NCBI GenBank assembly: GCA_951406725.2
Contig: OX597839.1
Coordinates: 36,580,001-36,644,000, forward strand
Direction of reading: 5' to 3'
DNA length: 64,000 nucleotides
DNA from: Octopus vulgaris
Lineage: Eukaryota
Below, one piece after another: positions 48,758 through 60,813 of this stretch. Position 1 is the stretch's first letter. Every line of letters starts with the position of its first letter. The notes under the pieces were generated by a model that did not search any database, had not been told where the DNA came from, and worked only from the letters and a program-made list of their open reading frames with translations. The position numbers were made by a program, and so were the translations under genes.

Positions 48758-49363
48758 TACATTATTTTCATTTGACGGATATTTGTCCTCATCTTGTTTG
48801 TTGTTAACACAACGTTTCGGCTGATATACCCTCCAGCCTTCATCAGGTGTCTTAACCACTACGCCATATGCCCACGGGCAAGATTCCGAGTTCGATTCCA
48901 GGCACTGACCTGGATACTACTACTACTACTACTATTACTACTACTACTACTAATAATAATAATAAATTCTTTTATTGGCCACAAGGGTAATAATAATAAT
49001 AATAATAACAACAACAACATGGAAAAATACCTGAGGAATGAGAACCCAGGTTTGAAATACCTCCAAGACACTTGATGAAAGCTGGTGGGTATAAGCCGAA
49101 ATGTTGTCTTAACAAACAAGATGAGGACAAATATCCATCACTTTTTAGGACTACTCTCAGATCCGATCTAATTACGATAACAGTCCTTTTTAGGACTATT
49201 CTTGGATCGGATCTAATTGCGATAACCGTCCTTTTAAGGGCTCCCCTCGAATGCGATAAGTCCTTTTTAGGACTACTCTCAGATGAGACCAGAAGTAGTG
49301 GCCTAGAATCATACCCGCTATAAATGTAAATAATTCCCCATCTCTTTTAAATTATAGAACTGT
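48758..49363. mobile_element. Inverted dimer of family E (tRNA head + HHR), copy 2
   Basis: Left arm 48758-48873 (minus) and right arm 48876-49140 plus 49322-49363 (plus) meet at the palindromic junction TGCCC-AC-GGGCA; homologous to 13135-13572. Confidence 0.85.
48806..48851 (-). ncRNA. Minimal type I hammerhead ribozyme motif, intact core
   Basis: GACAC CTGATGA A GGCTG-gagggtatat-CAGCC GAAA CG TT GTGTT: canonical CUGANGA/GAAA/UH, 5-bp stems I and II, palindromic AACGUU stem III as in Penelope-associated minimal HHRs. Confidence 0.8.
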
Positions 49364-50094
49364 AGCATTATGTGTGTTTCGAAACACGCATCTTCTGCAA
49401 CCCGGGTAGATATGCTACCAGTCATACTTAGGTCATTCTACCCCGCATTTCTTTCTTTAATTTTGATGCTATTATCTTTATCGGCGAGAAAGTTTGCTGA
49501 TAATTAAAACAGAAACAGAACTTTTATACGGCTTAAAAGAAAAATGCACAGTTCGTGTCACGCAGGCAGCTTTTTGTTATTTTCCCCCAGTTATTATTTT
49601 ATTTCAAAATCCATTTTGTTTACCTTTGAATTCACTTCTAACACATAAATAATTTATTTATATTTTTCTTCTGTAAAAAGATTCAATTACGGTGTCTTTT
49701 AAAGGTTTTCAAAGTTACCTCCCTTGGATCACTAGCCTTGTTGAATGCAAGTGTTTCAGGAATATTCTCTCTCTTTCCGTTTTATTCTTTTACTTGTTTC
49801 AGTCATTTGATTGCGGCCATGCTGGAGTACCGCCTTTAGTCGAACAAATCAACCCCAGGACTTATTCTTTGTAAGCCTAGTACTTATTCTATCGGCTCCT
49901 TTTGCCGAATCGCTAAGTTACCATTTGGTCGGCCCGAGGAAGAGCCAAGAGGAGAGTGAAGTCATAAAAAATCATGGACAGATAGGAAAATAAAGAGACA
50001 CTGATTGATAAAGATGGACAACTTGATAGGTAATCATATAGACAGGTTGACAGTTGATGTGTGTGTGTGTGTGTGTATGTATATTTATATATAT

Positions 50095-50299
50095 AGTTAA
50101 TCCAAACATGAAAGCACAAAAAAACACAACAACGCGAGGACGTGGAACAAATATAGTATTATTGGATGCGAAGGAAAGAAGGAGGGTTTAACGTTTCGAG
50201 CGGAGCTCTTCGTCGGAAACATAGGAAAAGGAAAGATCCAGAGAAGGGAAGACAGAGGAAAAAAATCACCAGCGGTACACACGAGGTCACATTTTGAAA
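50095..50299 (-). mobile_element. Short element embedded in (TA)n carrying an HHR-like motif
   Basis: Flanked on both sides by (TA)n; begins GTTAATCCAAAC like the (TA)n-embedded fragment at 34464-34530. Confidence 0.65.
50186..50220 (-). ncRNA. Candidate minimal hammerhead ribozyme with CCGACGA core (U4C)
   Basis: GTTT CCGACGA A GAGC-tcc-GCTC GAAA CG TT AAAC; stem I GUUU/AAAC, stem II GAGC/GCUC, palindromic AACGUU. Confidence 0.6.
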
Positions 50300-50482
50300 T
50301 ATATATATATATATATATATCTCAGGTGGTTGGGATCACAGTGATTGTGGTCATTAGATCAGTAGCTTCCAGCATATGATTGGCTAATAAGAAATTTTGA
50401 GTAAAAACTAGATGAATAAATAAGTAGATTGATTGATTAAAAATATTTCAGTTTTCTATTACAAAATCGAAACAATGTGGAA

Positions 50483-50661
50483 CAGTGGTTCTCAACCATG
50501 GCCCACAAGCATCCCTCCAGTGGCCCATAAAGGTCTTCCCTTATAAATATAGTAAATTTTGTTTTAATTGACTTGTTTTACCTTTTTTGTTTTGGTGCAT
50601 CCCTCTGAAAATACCCAGGTTTTAGATCTTGCCCAGATATTAAAGTGGTTGAGAACCACTA
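50483..50661. mobile_element. hAT (Charlie-like) MITE
   Basis: CAGTGGTTCTCAACC ... GGTTGAGAACCACT(A). Confidence 0.7.
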
Positions 50662-50780
50662 ATTGGGAAGGGAAAACAGGAATTTCGCAATTCCAATTAT
50701 AGAAGTGACATAAGCTACTTATAGCATGTGGTAAATTCAATAAACTTAAAAGGATGAACTGCTAAAGTTCATCCTTTTAA

Positions 50781-50828
<48 letters not shown>

Positions 50829-50847
50829 TATATATATACATATATAT

Positions 50848-51078
50848 GTGGAGGCGCAATGGCTCAGTGGTTAGTCATAGGATCGCGGTTTTGATTCCCA
50901 GACCGGGCGTTGTGAGTGTTTATTGAGCGAAAACACCTAAAGCTCCACGAGGCTCTGGCAGGGGGTGGTGGCGATCCCTGTTGTACTCTTTCACCACAAC
51001 TTTTTCTCACTCTTTCTTCTGTTGACCTGTTCATTTGAAGGCTAAAACAATGGAAAGCGCATTGTGACCAGCGATGTG
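50848..51078 (+). mobile_element. tRNA-derived SINE family D
   Basis: GTGGAGGCGCAATGGCTCAGTGGTTAG (A box), GTTTTGATTCCCAG (B-box-like), body shared with 59251-59522. Confidence 0.8.
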
Positions 51079-52450
51079 ATATATATATATATAAATATAT
51101 ATATAAAATTAATATAGACAGCCATGCACAATGTGTTACCAAAAAGGAAAACTATAATTGTCACTAAATGTGACTAAGGTGTTAGAACATGTACATTGCT
51201 AAAATTAAGAGTGAAAATGCACTTTGCATTGTTTTAGCTTTCAAATAATGACACCTAGCTGGCTAGGTGAGCAGGTCAACATATTCTCTGACCAGAAGAC
51301 TATTCCATCACAAGGTGACCCATTTACAGCTGAGTGGACTGGAACAGCACACCATCCACTCTTGAAATTGAACCCATGATCTAGCAACCATCAGTGAAAT
51401 ATCCTAACCATTAGGCCATGTGCCTTCACACTTTCATAATGTAATTGGCTAAATTATCTGAAACTGTTTTATATGGTACCAAAATAACCTAAAAATCTTG
51501 CTTTTCGAATATTATTTCATCTCATTTTTAGGACTGCTTGGAAAACAAGTGGGACATTTTTAGTCTCATTATTATTTATTTCTCATGTATTCCTGGAGTA
51601 GGTCACATGTATAAAGTTTCAAAGTTTGAAAGATTTTAAAGGTTAAATTTCATGCCAAATTTAATGAAATTCCTCAAATTTATTTCAGCTCTTAATTTGA
51701 ATGCCCATAAAATCTGGTCTATGCATAGTTATGAGCTGAAATTTTCAGGATTGGCTAGGTACTGGGCTCATGTCAATTAGGAAAAATTTCAGGCAATTTG
51801 AAAGACGGCATCTTTCAAGCTTGGTTCACAATTAGCTGGAATGCTATGTATCTAATGTGCAAAACTATCCAACTATACAACAAATGTGCCACTTTATGTA
51901 TCATTGTTGAGGCAGATGGTGGAAAAATACAGTTTGTACACTACAGAAGAAACACATTTATTTACAATTAACTGATAAATTAATGATAATGAGAAAAATA
52001 CCATATATACTCATGTGTAAGTTGTTCTTGCATCTAAGTTCCACTCTTGTATAAGTCACAGGCATGTAGTGGAGGTGCATTGATTAGTGGTTAGGGTGTT
52101 GGACTCTTGATCATAAAGTTGTGGTTTCAATTCCTGGACCAAGTGACACAGTATGTTCTTGAGCAAAACCCTTCATTTCATGTGGCTCCAGTACCCTCAC
52201 CTGGCAAAAATGTGTAATCCTTCAATGGAATATATATATATGCCATGAACCCAGGAAACTGGCCCTTATGAGTTGGTATGACTCGACAAGGTAACTTTAC
52301 CTTTCTTTTCCTGCCTCCTGTATAAGTTGCGACCCTAATTTAGTGTTAGATCTTGGTAAGAATTATTTTTCTCTTCATATTCAAACTTTGTCCTATGTAT
52401 AAATCACACCTCAAGATTTTAAATTAAGTATGAAACAGTGTGACTTACAC

Positions 52451-52890
52451 TACCTGGGATGTAGCCAGTCCACTAATGCATACCTTTCCTTCTTGGGACA
52501 CAAAACTCTACTTGTGAAGACCTGTTGAGGCAAGTGAGAATCAGAATCAAAATCGAAATCGATCAACATCAATGGAAATTGTAGCTGTGATACCAGTGCT
52601 GGTGGCATGTAAGCAAACCATCCGATCATGGCCATTGCCAACCTCGCCTGGCCCCCGTGCCGGTGGCACGTAAAAAGCACCATCCGACCATGGCCGTTTG
52701 CCAGCCTCATCTGGCACGTAAAAAGCACCCACTACACTCACGGAGTGGTTGGCGTTAGGAAGGGCATCCAGCCATAGAAACATTGCCAGATCAGACTGGG
52801 CCTGGTGCAGCCTTCTGGCTTCCCAGACCCCAGTGGCACCGTCCAACCCATGCTAGCATGGAAATCAGATGCTAAACGATGATGATGATG
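52451..52890 (+). mobile_element. Longest family C copy, with internal GTGGCACGTAAAAAGCACC repeats and (GAT)n tail
   Basis: Three internal repeat units, GGAAGGGCATCCAGC motif, AAACGATGATGATGATG end. Confidence 0.85.
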
Positions 52891-53312
52891 ATATATAAAA
52901 AGAAATAAATAGATTTAATAGATTTATCTTTAATTCTGAGCAATGAATGCCTTTTTATTTCGTAGAAACAATGTTTGAACAAATGTTAACAATTAATTAG
53001 AATAGTAAAGAATCATTATTTCTAAACAACAATTATAAAATAACAAATGTAAATAAATCTAACAAGTGTTTAAAATTATAAAAGATATAAAATGAAATGT
53101 GAAATAACAGATGTTTATTGGTGTATGTACATGTGGTGCCCAACTACACACACTCACAATCACCACACACTCACATGCATATTTGTGTGTGTGTATGTAA
53201 TATATGTGCATACATTTATATACGTGTGTGCATTTATATACATAAAACATGCATATATATATTTGTATATATGTATGAGTTCATATACACACATACATGC
53301 ATGTATATGTGA

Positions 53313-53346
<34 letters not shown>

Positions 53347-54330
53347 GTGCGTGTGTGTGTAGTCCTAAACTATTTAATAAAATTGGTCAACAGTATAAAA
53401 ATGACGTCTGGACACAATAATTAGTGAGGCTAATTGAGGTGATGTATAATTGCATTTATTACTAACAAAGGAATGGGATGACGGCTAAATTGGTGCTGAA
53501 CTATGTTGACGGTTGTAATGGATTTTTATTGACAGATGTCAAATGCCTTATGTCAACAAATGTCATACATTGTTGTTGGCAGATGTAATATTTTCTGGTA
53601 ACAGATGCAAGAACCTTATGTTAACAGATGTGATATCTACTGTGAACACCAATGATTGAGATAGAAAAAGTAGCAGTTGACCACATCAAAGACATCTTGT
53701 TAGGACAATGAGGCAAGGATATATTCCATTTTACCTTAGTTGCTTTATACATTGAAATATATCTGTCTCCAACAGTCTCTCTCTCTCACTGACACAAACA
53801 TGCACATCATAAATATAAAGATTACCTTTTGGTATTAATACAATAATTACTTTTTAATAAGCCTGATGGCTATTTGCAACATAAGTGACTGAAAAGACAC
53901 TAAAATTTTGTATATCAGGCAGCGAGATTTAGCTGTTGTGTGGTCACTGGACATCCATCACTGAGGAGATCCAGTCGACTGAAACCATATTATCTAGCTG
54001 TTCCAGCACCCATAACAGATGATTCTTGCCTGCTGTGATATATGACTGTGCGTTTCTGCACCCTGTGTCTACGTGAGATGATCTTGAGGTGAATACCACA
54101 GTCCTTGGCATTCTAACAAGACATCCACGTTAAACTGGATATAAGGATTGCTTTTGATATTACTATTGCCTCTGTCACTAATAAACCTGTGATGTGCCTT
54201 GGCGGCCAGTTATTGTAAGGGAGATTATCATTTCTAGATAAATCTCAACAGGATTAGAGGTTTCAATCTTCAATTGAAGACCAAGGAAGAAGATGCTCTG
54301 AATGTACATATGTAATTAATTTTTCTAGTC

Positions 54331-54728
54331 AGTGTGGCTGTGTGGTAAGTAGCTTGTCTACCAACCACATGGTTCCGGGTTCAGTCCCACTGCGTGGCAC
54401 CTTGGGCAAGTGTCTTCTACTATAGCCTTGGGCCGACCGAAGCCATGTGAGTGGATTTGGTAGACGGAAACTGAAAGAAGCCCATCGTATATAAGCATAT
54501 ATATATATATATGCGTGTTTGTGTGTCTGTGTTTGTCCTCCTAGCATTGCTTGACAACCGATGCTGGTGTGTTTATGTCCCGTTACTTAGCGGTTCGGCA
54601 AAAGAGACCGATAGAATAAGTACTGGGCTTACAAAAGAATAAGTCCCGGAGTCGAGTTGCTCGATTAAAGGCGGTGCTCCAGCATGGCCGCAGTCAAATG
54701 ACTGAAACAAGTAAAAGAGTAAGAGAGT
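54331..54728 (+). mobile_element. SINE family A, full length
   Basis: Family head, CACCTTGGGCAAGTG core and tail. Confidence 0.9.
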
Positions 54729-56904
54729 GTATATATCAACTTTTACAAGGGGAAGTTGGAGTTATTTGAAAGTTTTCATTTGTCAAACCTTACCTCATGA
54801 AAGTTAATAATTATGTATTCCACTAAAATATGTTGTCTAATCCTTCGGTTTAATGCTAAATTGTTTTGTATACAACTTGACATAAAAACAAGCATGTCAC
54901 CAAAATAGTTGGTATCTCCTGAAGTAATGGTGGCTTGTAATAACATGAACGTTGATAAAGTTACCTATCTAATTTGGCAATTCTATTTGTATTCGGAATA
55001 AACGTTATTGGAACACATGTAGTGATACTCTGAAATATCCATTTGTTTTATTCTTATTTACTATATATAGATATATATTTATATTATATTTTATCTAGTT
55101 TTCAGCTCACGAGCTGTGGCCATGCTGGGGCACCGCCATTAAACTTTCCTTTGGCATACATATTTAAAAGCATAAATATTGATTACTCTTGTATATTGAG
55201 AGCAGCCAAGTGTCTCCTCTATAGCAAGAAGTTTGTTCTAGCCCCCTTCCTTTATCATTTAGCATAAAGCCACCTTGCTCTCTACTGTGGTCCCACTCAG
55301 TTGATAGGATCCTAATCTAGTGAGTTACAGGACAGCTTCACTAGTGCTGGTGCCATGAAAAAAATGCATCCACCACACTTTGTAAAGTGGTTGGTATTAG
55401 GAAGGGTTTCCAGTGACAGAAACCATGCCAAAACAAATATTGAAGCATGTTACAGTCTTTGGACTCACTGAATTCTGTCAAACCAAACATGGGTTGGATA
55501 GAACGTTAAAAGCTGATGATGATAATACATACATGCACACGCGTGTGTATGTGATATTTAGAAATACATTTTACCATATCATGTGCTGCTTTCATTTTAG
55601 TCTCAATTAAAACTGATTTAGATTTAAAGTTTACCTGACCCTAGGAGGCACACAAGTCTGGTTCACATTTTAAGTCTCATAATCCATTGGGTTACACAAA
55701 AATTTCATTTCACATGTAAGCATGGAGACCAACTTAGTGAAGTGGTGCCTGTCTACATTAAAAGCCACACTCATGGTTCTCCAATTTCACTCAGTGTCAC
55801 TCATATTTGCCATACTGACATAAAGTGATGTCTCTGATCACTGTTCCTTCATGGTTTTATATTTTCCTTTTTCTTGGGTCCTAGAATTACTAAAGCCAGT
55901 TACTCAGTTTCCATGGCATATAAGGGATACAAACCACAACATTCCCTCGATTGAGAGGTTGGGTTGTTCCAAGGTTCAAAGCCAGCATTCTTGAGAGAAA
56001 GGGGTCAGTCAATTACACTGACCACAGTACTTGATTGGTGCTTATTTTTAAGCTACTTAATTTCTATTGGGATGTAAACAAACTAACCCTTGTTGGCAAG
56101 TGGTGGTGGTAGTGGGGACGAACACTGACATATATATGACAAGCTTCCATGCAGTTTCTGTCAAATTCATTCACAAGAATACAGAAGTGTGGAAGTGTAC
56201 AGCCCAAGGTACTGCACAATGGAATTGAACCTGAAACCATGGGATTGCAAACTGAGCTTCTTACCATACAACCATGCCTGTGTCTACGTTTAGTTTTTAA
56301 TATTAACTATTTAGGTTTAATGGCCTTGTGCCAAAATTTGAAGCCAATATCAAATATTTAGAGAAATAAGTTAAAATTTGTGACCTTTTGATCTCACTGT
56401 TTATGTTTCGTTAACAAGTAAACATTTCAATTTTAGCAATTTAAACAATTTTAGACAAATTTCTGTCTCTGTTTTTCTCCTTATTGATGGCAAAACAAAA
56501 TTTGAAAAACGTTGCTCTATAGTGTCGCTTTACATAAATCACGTGATAGCACAGGCTTGGGAACAGGGGACAAAGAGGGGGCAAGTGCAACCCTCAAATA
56601 TGGTGGAGCGCAATGAAAATGCTTTTGAACGTCCTTCTAAAAAAACTGGGTTTGTACCCAACTAAGCAAATTTCGTTCCTGCCTTTATCCATGATAGTTG
56701 AGGGATTCTGATTAAACTAAATAAATTAGGGAAGGGAAAACTGTAAAAGATAATTTCTTCAATGTGTGTGTGTATATATATGTTTTTGTGTGTGTAGTTA
56801 TATGTTTGTATGTATCTAAGCCTCTGTGTGTGTTTGGTTGTGTGTGGGGTGCATAGTTGTATGCTTGTGTATATGTGTATTGTTGTTGTTATTGTTGAGT
56901 ATAC

Positions 56905-56985
56905 TCAGGGATGTCTGTAACGTGTGCACAATAGCCAGAGATCAATGACCTCCTTGGCTTCGTTACTGACGGTTGATGTATCGAA
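56905..56985 (-). other. Weak candidate 81-nt exon
   Basis: Good acceptor atttctataattatctttcag|TTC; weak donor TGA|gtatac; one fully open frame SIHQPSVTKPRRSLISGYCAHVTDIP; unique sequence between microsatellites. Confidence 0.2.
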
Positions 56986-57523
56986 CTGAAAGATAATTAT
57001 AGAAATGTAGCTAACTACAAACAAAATTGTCGTGTGACGGATAGATAAATAGATAGATAGATAGATAGGCAGGTAGATTGTCGGAGAGACAAAAGTTAAC
57101 ATTTAAAACAAGAAACACTAAGATAACTAGAAATTATGGCATTCACCAAGGGAGGCCACTGCGTTTTGTTATCTCACAGTTGTATTGCTTATCTTCAGTT
57201 ACAAAATGCAGCCTGTGATTTCAACATATAGCAAAAATAGATTTTGAATCTCTCTCTCTCTCTCTGTAGGTGCAGACGTGACTGGGGACTGTGTGGTAAG
57301 AAGCCTTGCTTCCTAAATCACATGGTCCCAGATTCAGTCCCACTGCGTGACACCTTGGTCAAGTGCCTTCTACTATGGCCTTGGGTTGACCAAAGCCCTG
57401 TGAGTGGATTTCGTTGACGGAAACTGAAAGAAGCCCGTCGTGTATATATATTTGACTTAAGGCTAGCAATTTTGAGGGGAGGGGGTCAAGTTAATTCCTT
57501 TACAGTAGTCACACACACACACA

Positions 57524-57566
<43 letters not shown>

Positions 57567-57670
57567 CAAAACTGACCTTGATGGTGTTTGAATCTAGAAT
57601 AGAAAGAGGCAGAACTTACTGAAAAACATCTTTCCCATTCTCTTAGTAATAATAATAATAATAATAATAA

Positions 57671-58450
57671 TCCTTTCTATTGGAAGCACAAGGCCTCAAA
57701 TTAGGGGGAAGGGATTAAGCCGATTACATTGACCCTAGTGCATAACTGGTACTTAATTTATTGACCCTGAAAGGATGAAAGGCAAAGTGAACCTCGGCGG
57801 TATTTGAATTCAAAATATAGTGACAGACGAAATACCACTAAGCATTTTGCCTGGTGTGCTCACCACCTTAATAATAATAATAATCTTTTCTATTTTAGGC
57901 ACAAGGCCTGAAATTTTGGGGGAGGGGACCAGTCGATTAGATTGACCCTAGTATGCTGCTTGTACTTAATTTATCAACCCCGAAAGGACGAAAGGCAAAG
58001 TTGCCCTCGGCGGAATTTGAACTCAGAACGTAACGGCAGACGAAATACCTATTTCTTTACCACCCACAAGGGACTAAACACAGAGGGGACAAACAAGGAC
58101 AGACATAGGTATTAAGTCGATTACATCGACCCCAGTGCGTAACTGGTACTTAATTTATCGATCCCGAAAGGATGAAAGGCAAAGTCGACCTCGGCGGAAT
58201 TTGAACTCAGAACGTAACGGCTGACGAAATACCACTAAGCATTTTGCCTGGCGTGCTTACAATTCTGCCAGCTTGCCACAACAACAACAATAATAATAAT
58301 AATAATACTTTCTAATATAGGCACAATGCCTGAAAGTTTGGGTGAGGCGGTTAATTGATACATCGGCCCCATTGCTCAATGATACTTTATTTCATTGACT
58401 CCAAAAGGATGAAAGGCAATTGTTGAGCTCAATGACATTTGAACTGGTGT
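57671..58450 (-). mobile_element. Cluster of four tandem SINE family B copies separated by (TAA)n
   Basis: AAAGGA(T/C)GAAAGGCAA recurs at ~57770, ~57983, ~58167 and ~58403. Confidence 0.85.
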
Positions 58451-58624
58451 ACTGATGATTCTCCTAGCTTTACTGCCTTAATAATAATCTACTATAATAA
58501 TACTCTATAATAATACAATGAATGAGAAAGGAAGGGGTGATGGCAAACTGGTAGTGGGAGCTTTCAACTCTGTGTGAGTGTATGTGTGTGTGTGTGTAAA
58601 AGGGAGGTATGTGAATGTGTGTGC

Positions 58625-58880
58625 GTGTGTGTGCAATGGAAGGGGGATGGTGAACATTCAACGCCGAAAAGAAAAATCAGCGTTTCAATTCTGTGGGAGT
58701 ATGTGTGTGTGTGTGTGTGTGTGCGTATGTGCAATGGAAAGGGGATGGTGAACTTTCAATGCCGAAAAGAAAAATCAGCGTTTCAATTCTGTGTGAGTAT
58801 GTGTGTGCGTGTGTGCAATGGAAGGGGGATGGTGAACATTCAATGCCGAAAAGAAAAATCAGCGTTTCAATTCTGTGTGT
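58625..58880. repeat. Three ~67-bp direct repeats separated by variable (TG)n spacers
   Basis: GTGTGCAATGGAAGGGG(G)ATGGTGAACATTCAA(C/T)GCCGAAAAGAAAAATCAGCGTTTCAATTCTGTG x3. Confidence 0.9.
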
Positions 58881-59250
58881 GTGAGTGTGTACAAGGTATG
58901 TGTCAATGTTTGTATGCGTGAACCAGCGTTCTTTCAGTAACAAACGATGATCGATAACATTGATAAGTGTATTAATTTGATTCACCGTCCATATTTATAT
59001 ATAAATAAAATACTACAATTAGCCGTCATTTTTGACAGCATGGAGCCAGCATGTAAGAAGACTGAAAAGAAATTACTTTCTTTATTTGGTCACAAGAGGA
59101 AAAATAATTATAATTATAGTCATTACTTTTTAATTCTTGAGAAGTGTTTGTATGACTTAATAATAGTCACAGCGGTATACATAATGCAGTCGTCATTTTC
59201 AGCGGGAAAGTGTATCAGCACTGAAATAATTATATGGTAAGGAAGACCAT

Positions 59251-59522
59251 GTGTGGAGGCACAATGGCCCAGTGGTTAGGGCAGCGGACTCGCGGTCGGA
59301 GGATCGCGGTTTCGATTCCCAGACCGGACGTTGTGTGTGTTTATTGAGCGAAAACACCTAAAAGCTCCACGAGGCTCTGGCAGGGGGTGGTGGTGACCCC
59401 TGTTGTACTCTTTCGTCACAACTTTCTCTCACTCTATCTTCCTGTTTCAATGGATTGGCGTCACATATGCCACAGAAACCGGGAAAACGGGCCCATGAGC
59501 CTGGCTAGGCTTGAAAAGGGGC
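59251..59522 (+). mobile_element. tRNA-derived SINE family D
   Basis: A box TGGCCCAGTGG, B box GTTTCGATTCC; homologous to 50848-51078. Confidence 0.82.
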
Positions 59523-60074
59523 GAAAAAACAAAAGAAAAGGAAGACCATATAAGCAAAGTTTTGATATTATTTTTCATTAGCTTTAAATTGGCAAGCTGG
59601 CTAAATCATTAGAGTCCTGCACAAAATGGTGAGCAGTATTTTTCCAGCTGAGTTCAAATCCCATTAAAGTCAGCTTTGCCCTCTATCGATGAATTAAAGT
59701 ACCAGTCATGTACTGGGGATCGATGTAATCGATTTACCTCCACCCCCTCGAAAATTGTGCCAAAATTACAAAGTGTTATTTTCATCAGTATCAGACAAAA
59801 ATACCTTTCTCTGTATTTCTTCTGGTTCTTACGATCTGAGTTTATAAGCTGAAATTCTACTGAAGTCAACATTGGCTTTCATCCAAGGTCAATAATGCAT
59901 CTGTCAACTACTGGGTCTCAATGTAATTGTTGACTAATTATTAACCTCTACCGAAAAATAAATATGCAAGTTGTTGCTCTTGTACCTAATTAGAGAAAAA
60001 GAAAAACGAACTCATATATGGGAGATAACTCTAGATATCTTTTGCAATACAAAAGCAAAACAGACTTAAATTTC

Positions 60075-60425
60075 TTTTAACTTGTTTCAGTCATTAGACT
60101 GCGGCCACGCTGGGGCAACGCCTTGAAGCATTTTAGTCAAATGAATCGATTCCAGTATTTTTTTAAAAAAGCTTGGTACTTATTCTGTCGATCTCTTTTG
60201 TCAAATCATTGACAGGGACGTAAAACCCCCAACACCGGTTGTCAAGCAGTGGTTTCACACACACACACACACAGACTCACATACACACACATGATGGGAT
60301 TCTTTCAGTTTCCATTGACCAAATCCATTCACAAGGCTTTGGTTAGTTTGGAGACTATAATAGAAGACACTTGCCTAAGGTGCCATGCAGTGGGACTGAA
60401 ACCCTAACCATGTGGTTGAGAAGTA
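60075..60425 (-). mobile_element. Diverged SINE family A
   Basis: TTGTTTCAGTCATTAGACTGCGGCCA ... GCAGTGGGACTGAAACC. Confidence 0.75.
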
Positions 60426-60742
60426 AGGGTTCTCCCCCACCTTTAAGTCAGAAGAGAAAGCACTTCTCATGACCCCTTACAGAGCGTCCAGGAGTGGTGG
60501 GAGGGATGTAAGGAGGAAGCGATCCTCAATCCTGAGACCAGAACTTAATTCCTAAAGGCAGCCAAGTGTTAGGTGATGGGGCTAAATCAGCAAGGGATTC
60601 AGTCTACCTATCACATAGGCCATAACGAGATTTGAACTTGGAATCAAAAGCATTCCGGCCATGACCATCCTGTCTATTTTGAGCTATCTAGAACTATAGT
60701 ATCTTATGTGTTATTTCTTATTTAGGGTTAGGTGTATGCATG

Positions 60743-60813
<71 letters not shown>

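Noticed and set aside
49066-49110. Second functional hammerhead in the 48.8-kb dimer
   Set aside because: Core and stems are mutated (CTTGATGAAAGCT…AGCCGAAATGTTGTCTT), so it is likely dead; counted only as part of the element.
53920-54300. Possible coding or decayed retroelement segment (also 37020-37260)
   Set aside because: Higher complexity than its surroundings, but no sustained open frame or motif I can recognise.
59251-59330. Functional tRNA gene (also heads at 13245-13314, 50848-50910 and all SINE A/B heads)
   Set aside because: A and B boxes are present, but I could not form a proper acceptor stem or cloverleaf, and each continues into a repeated SINE body.
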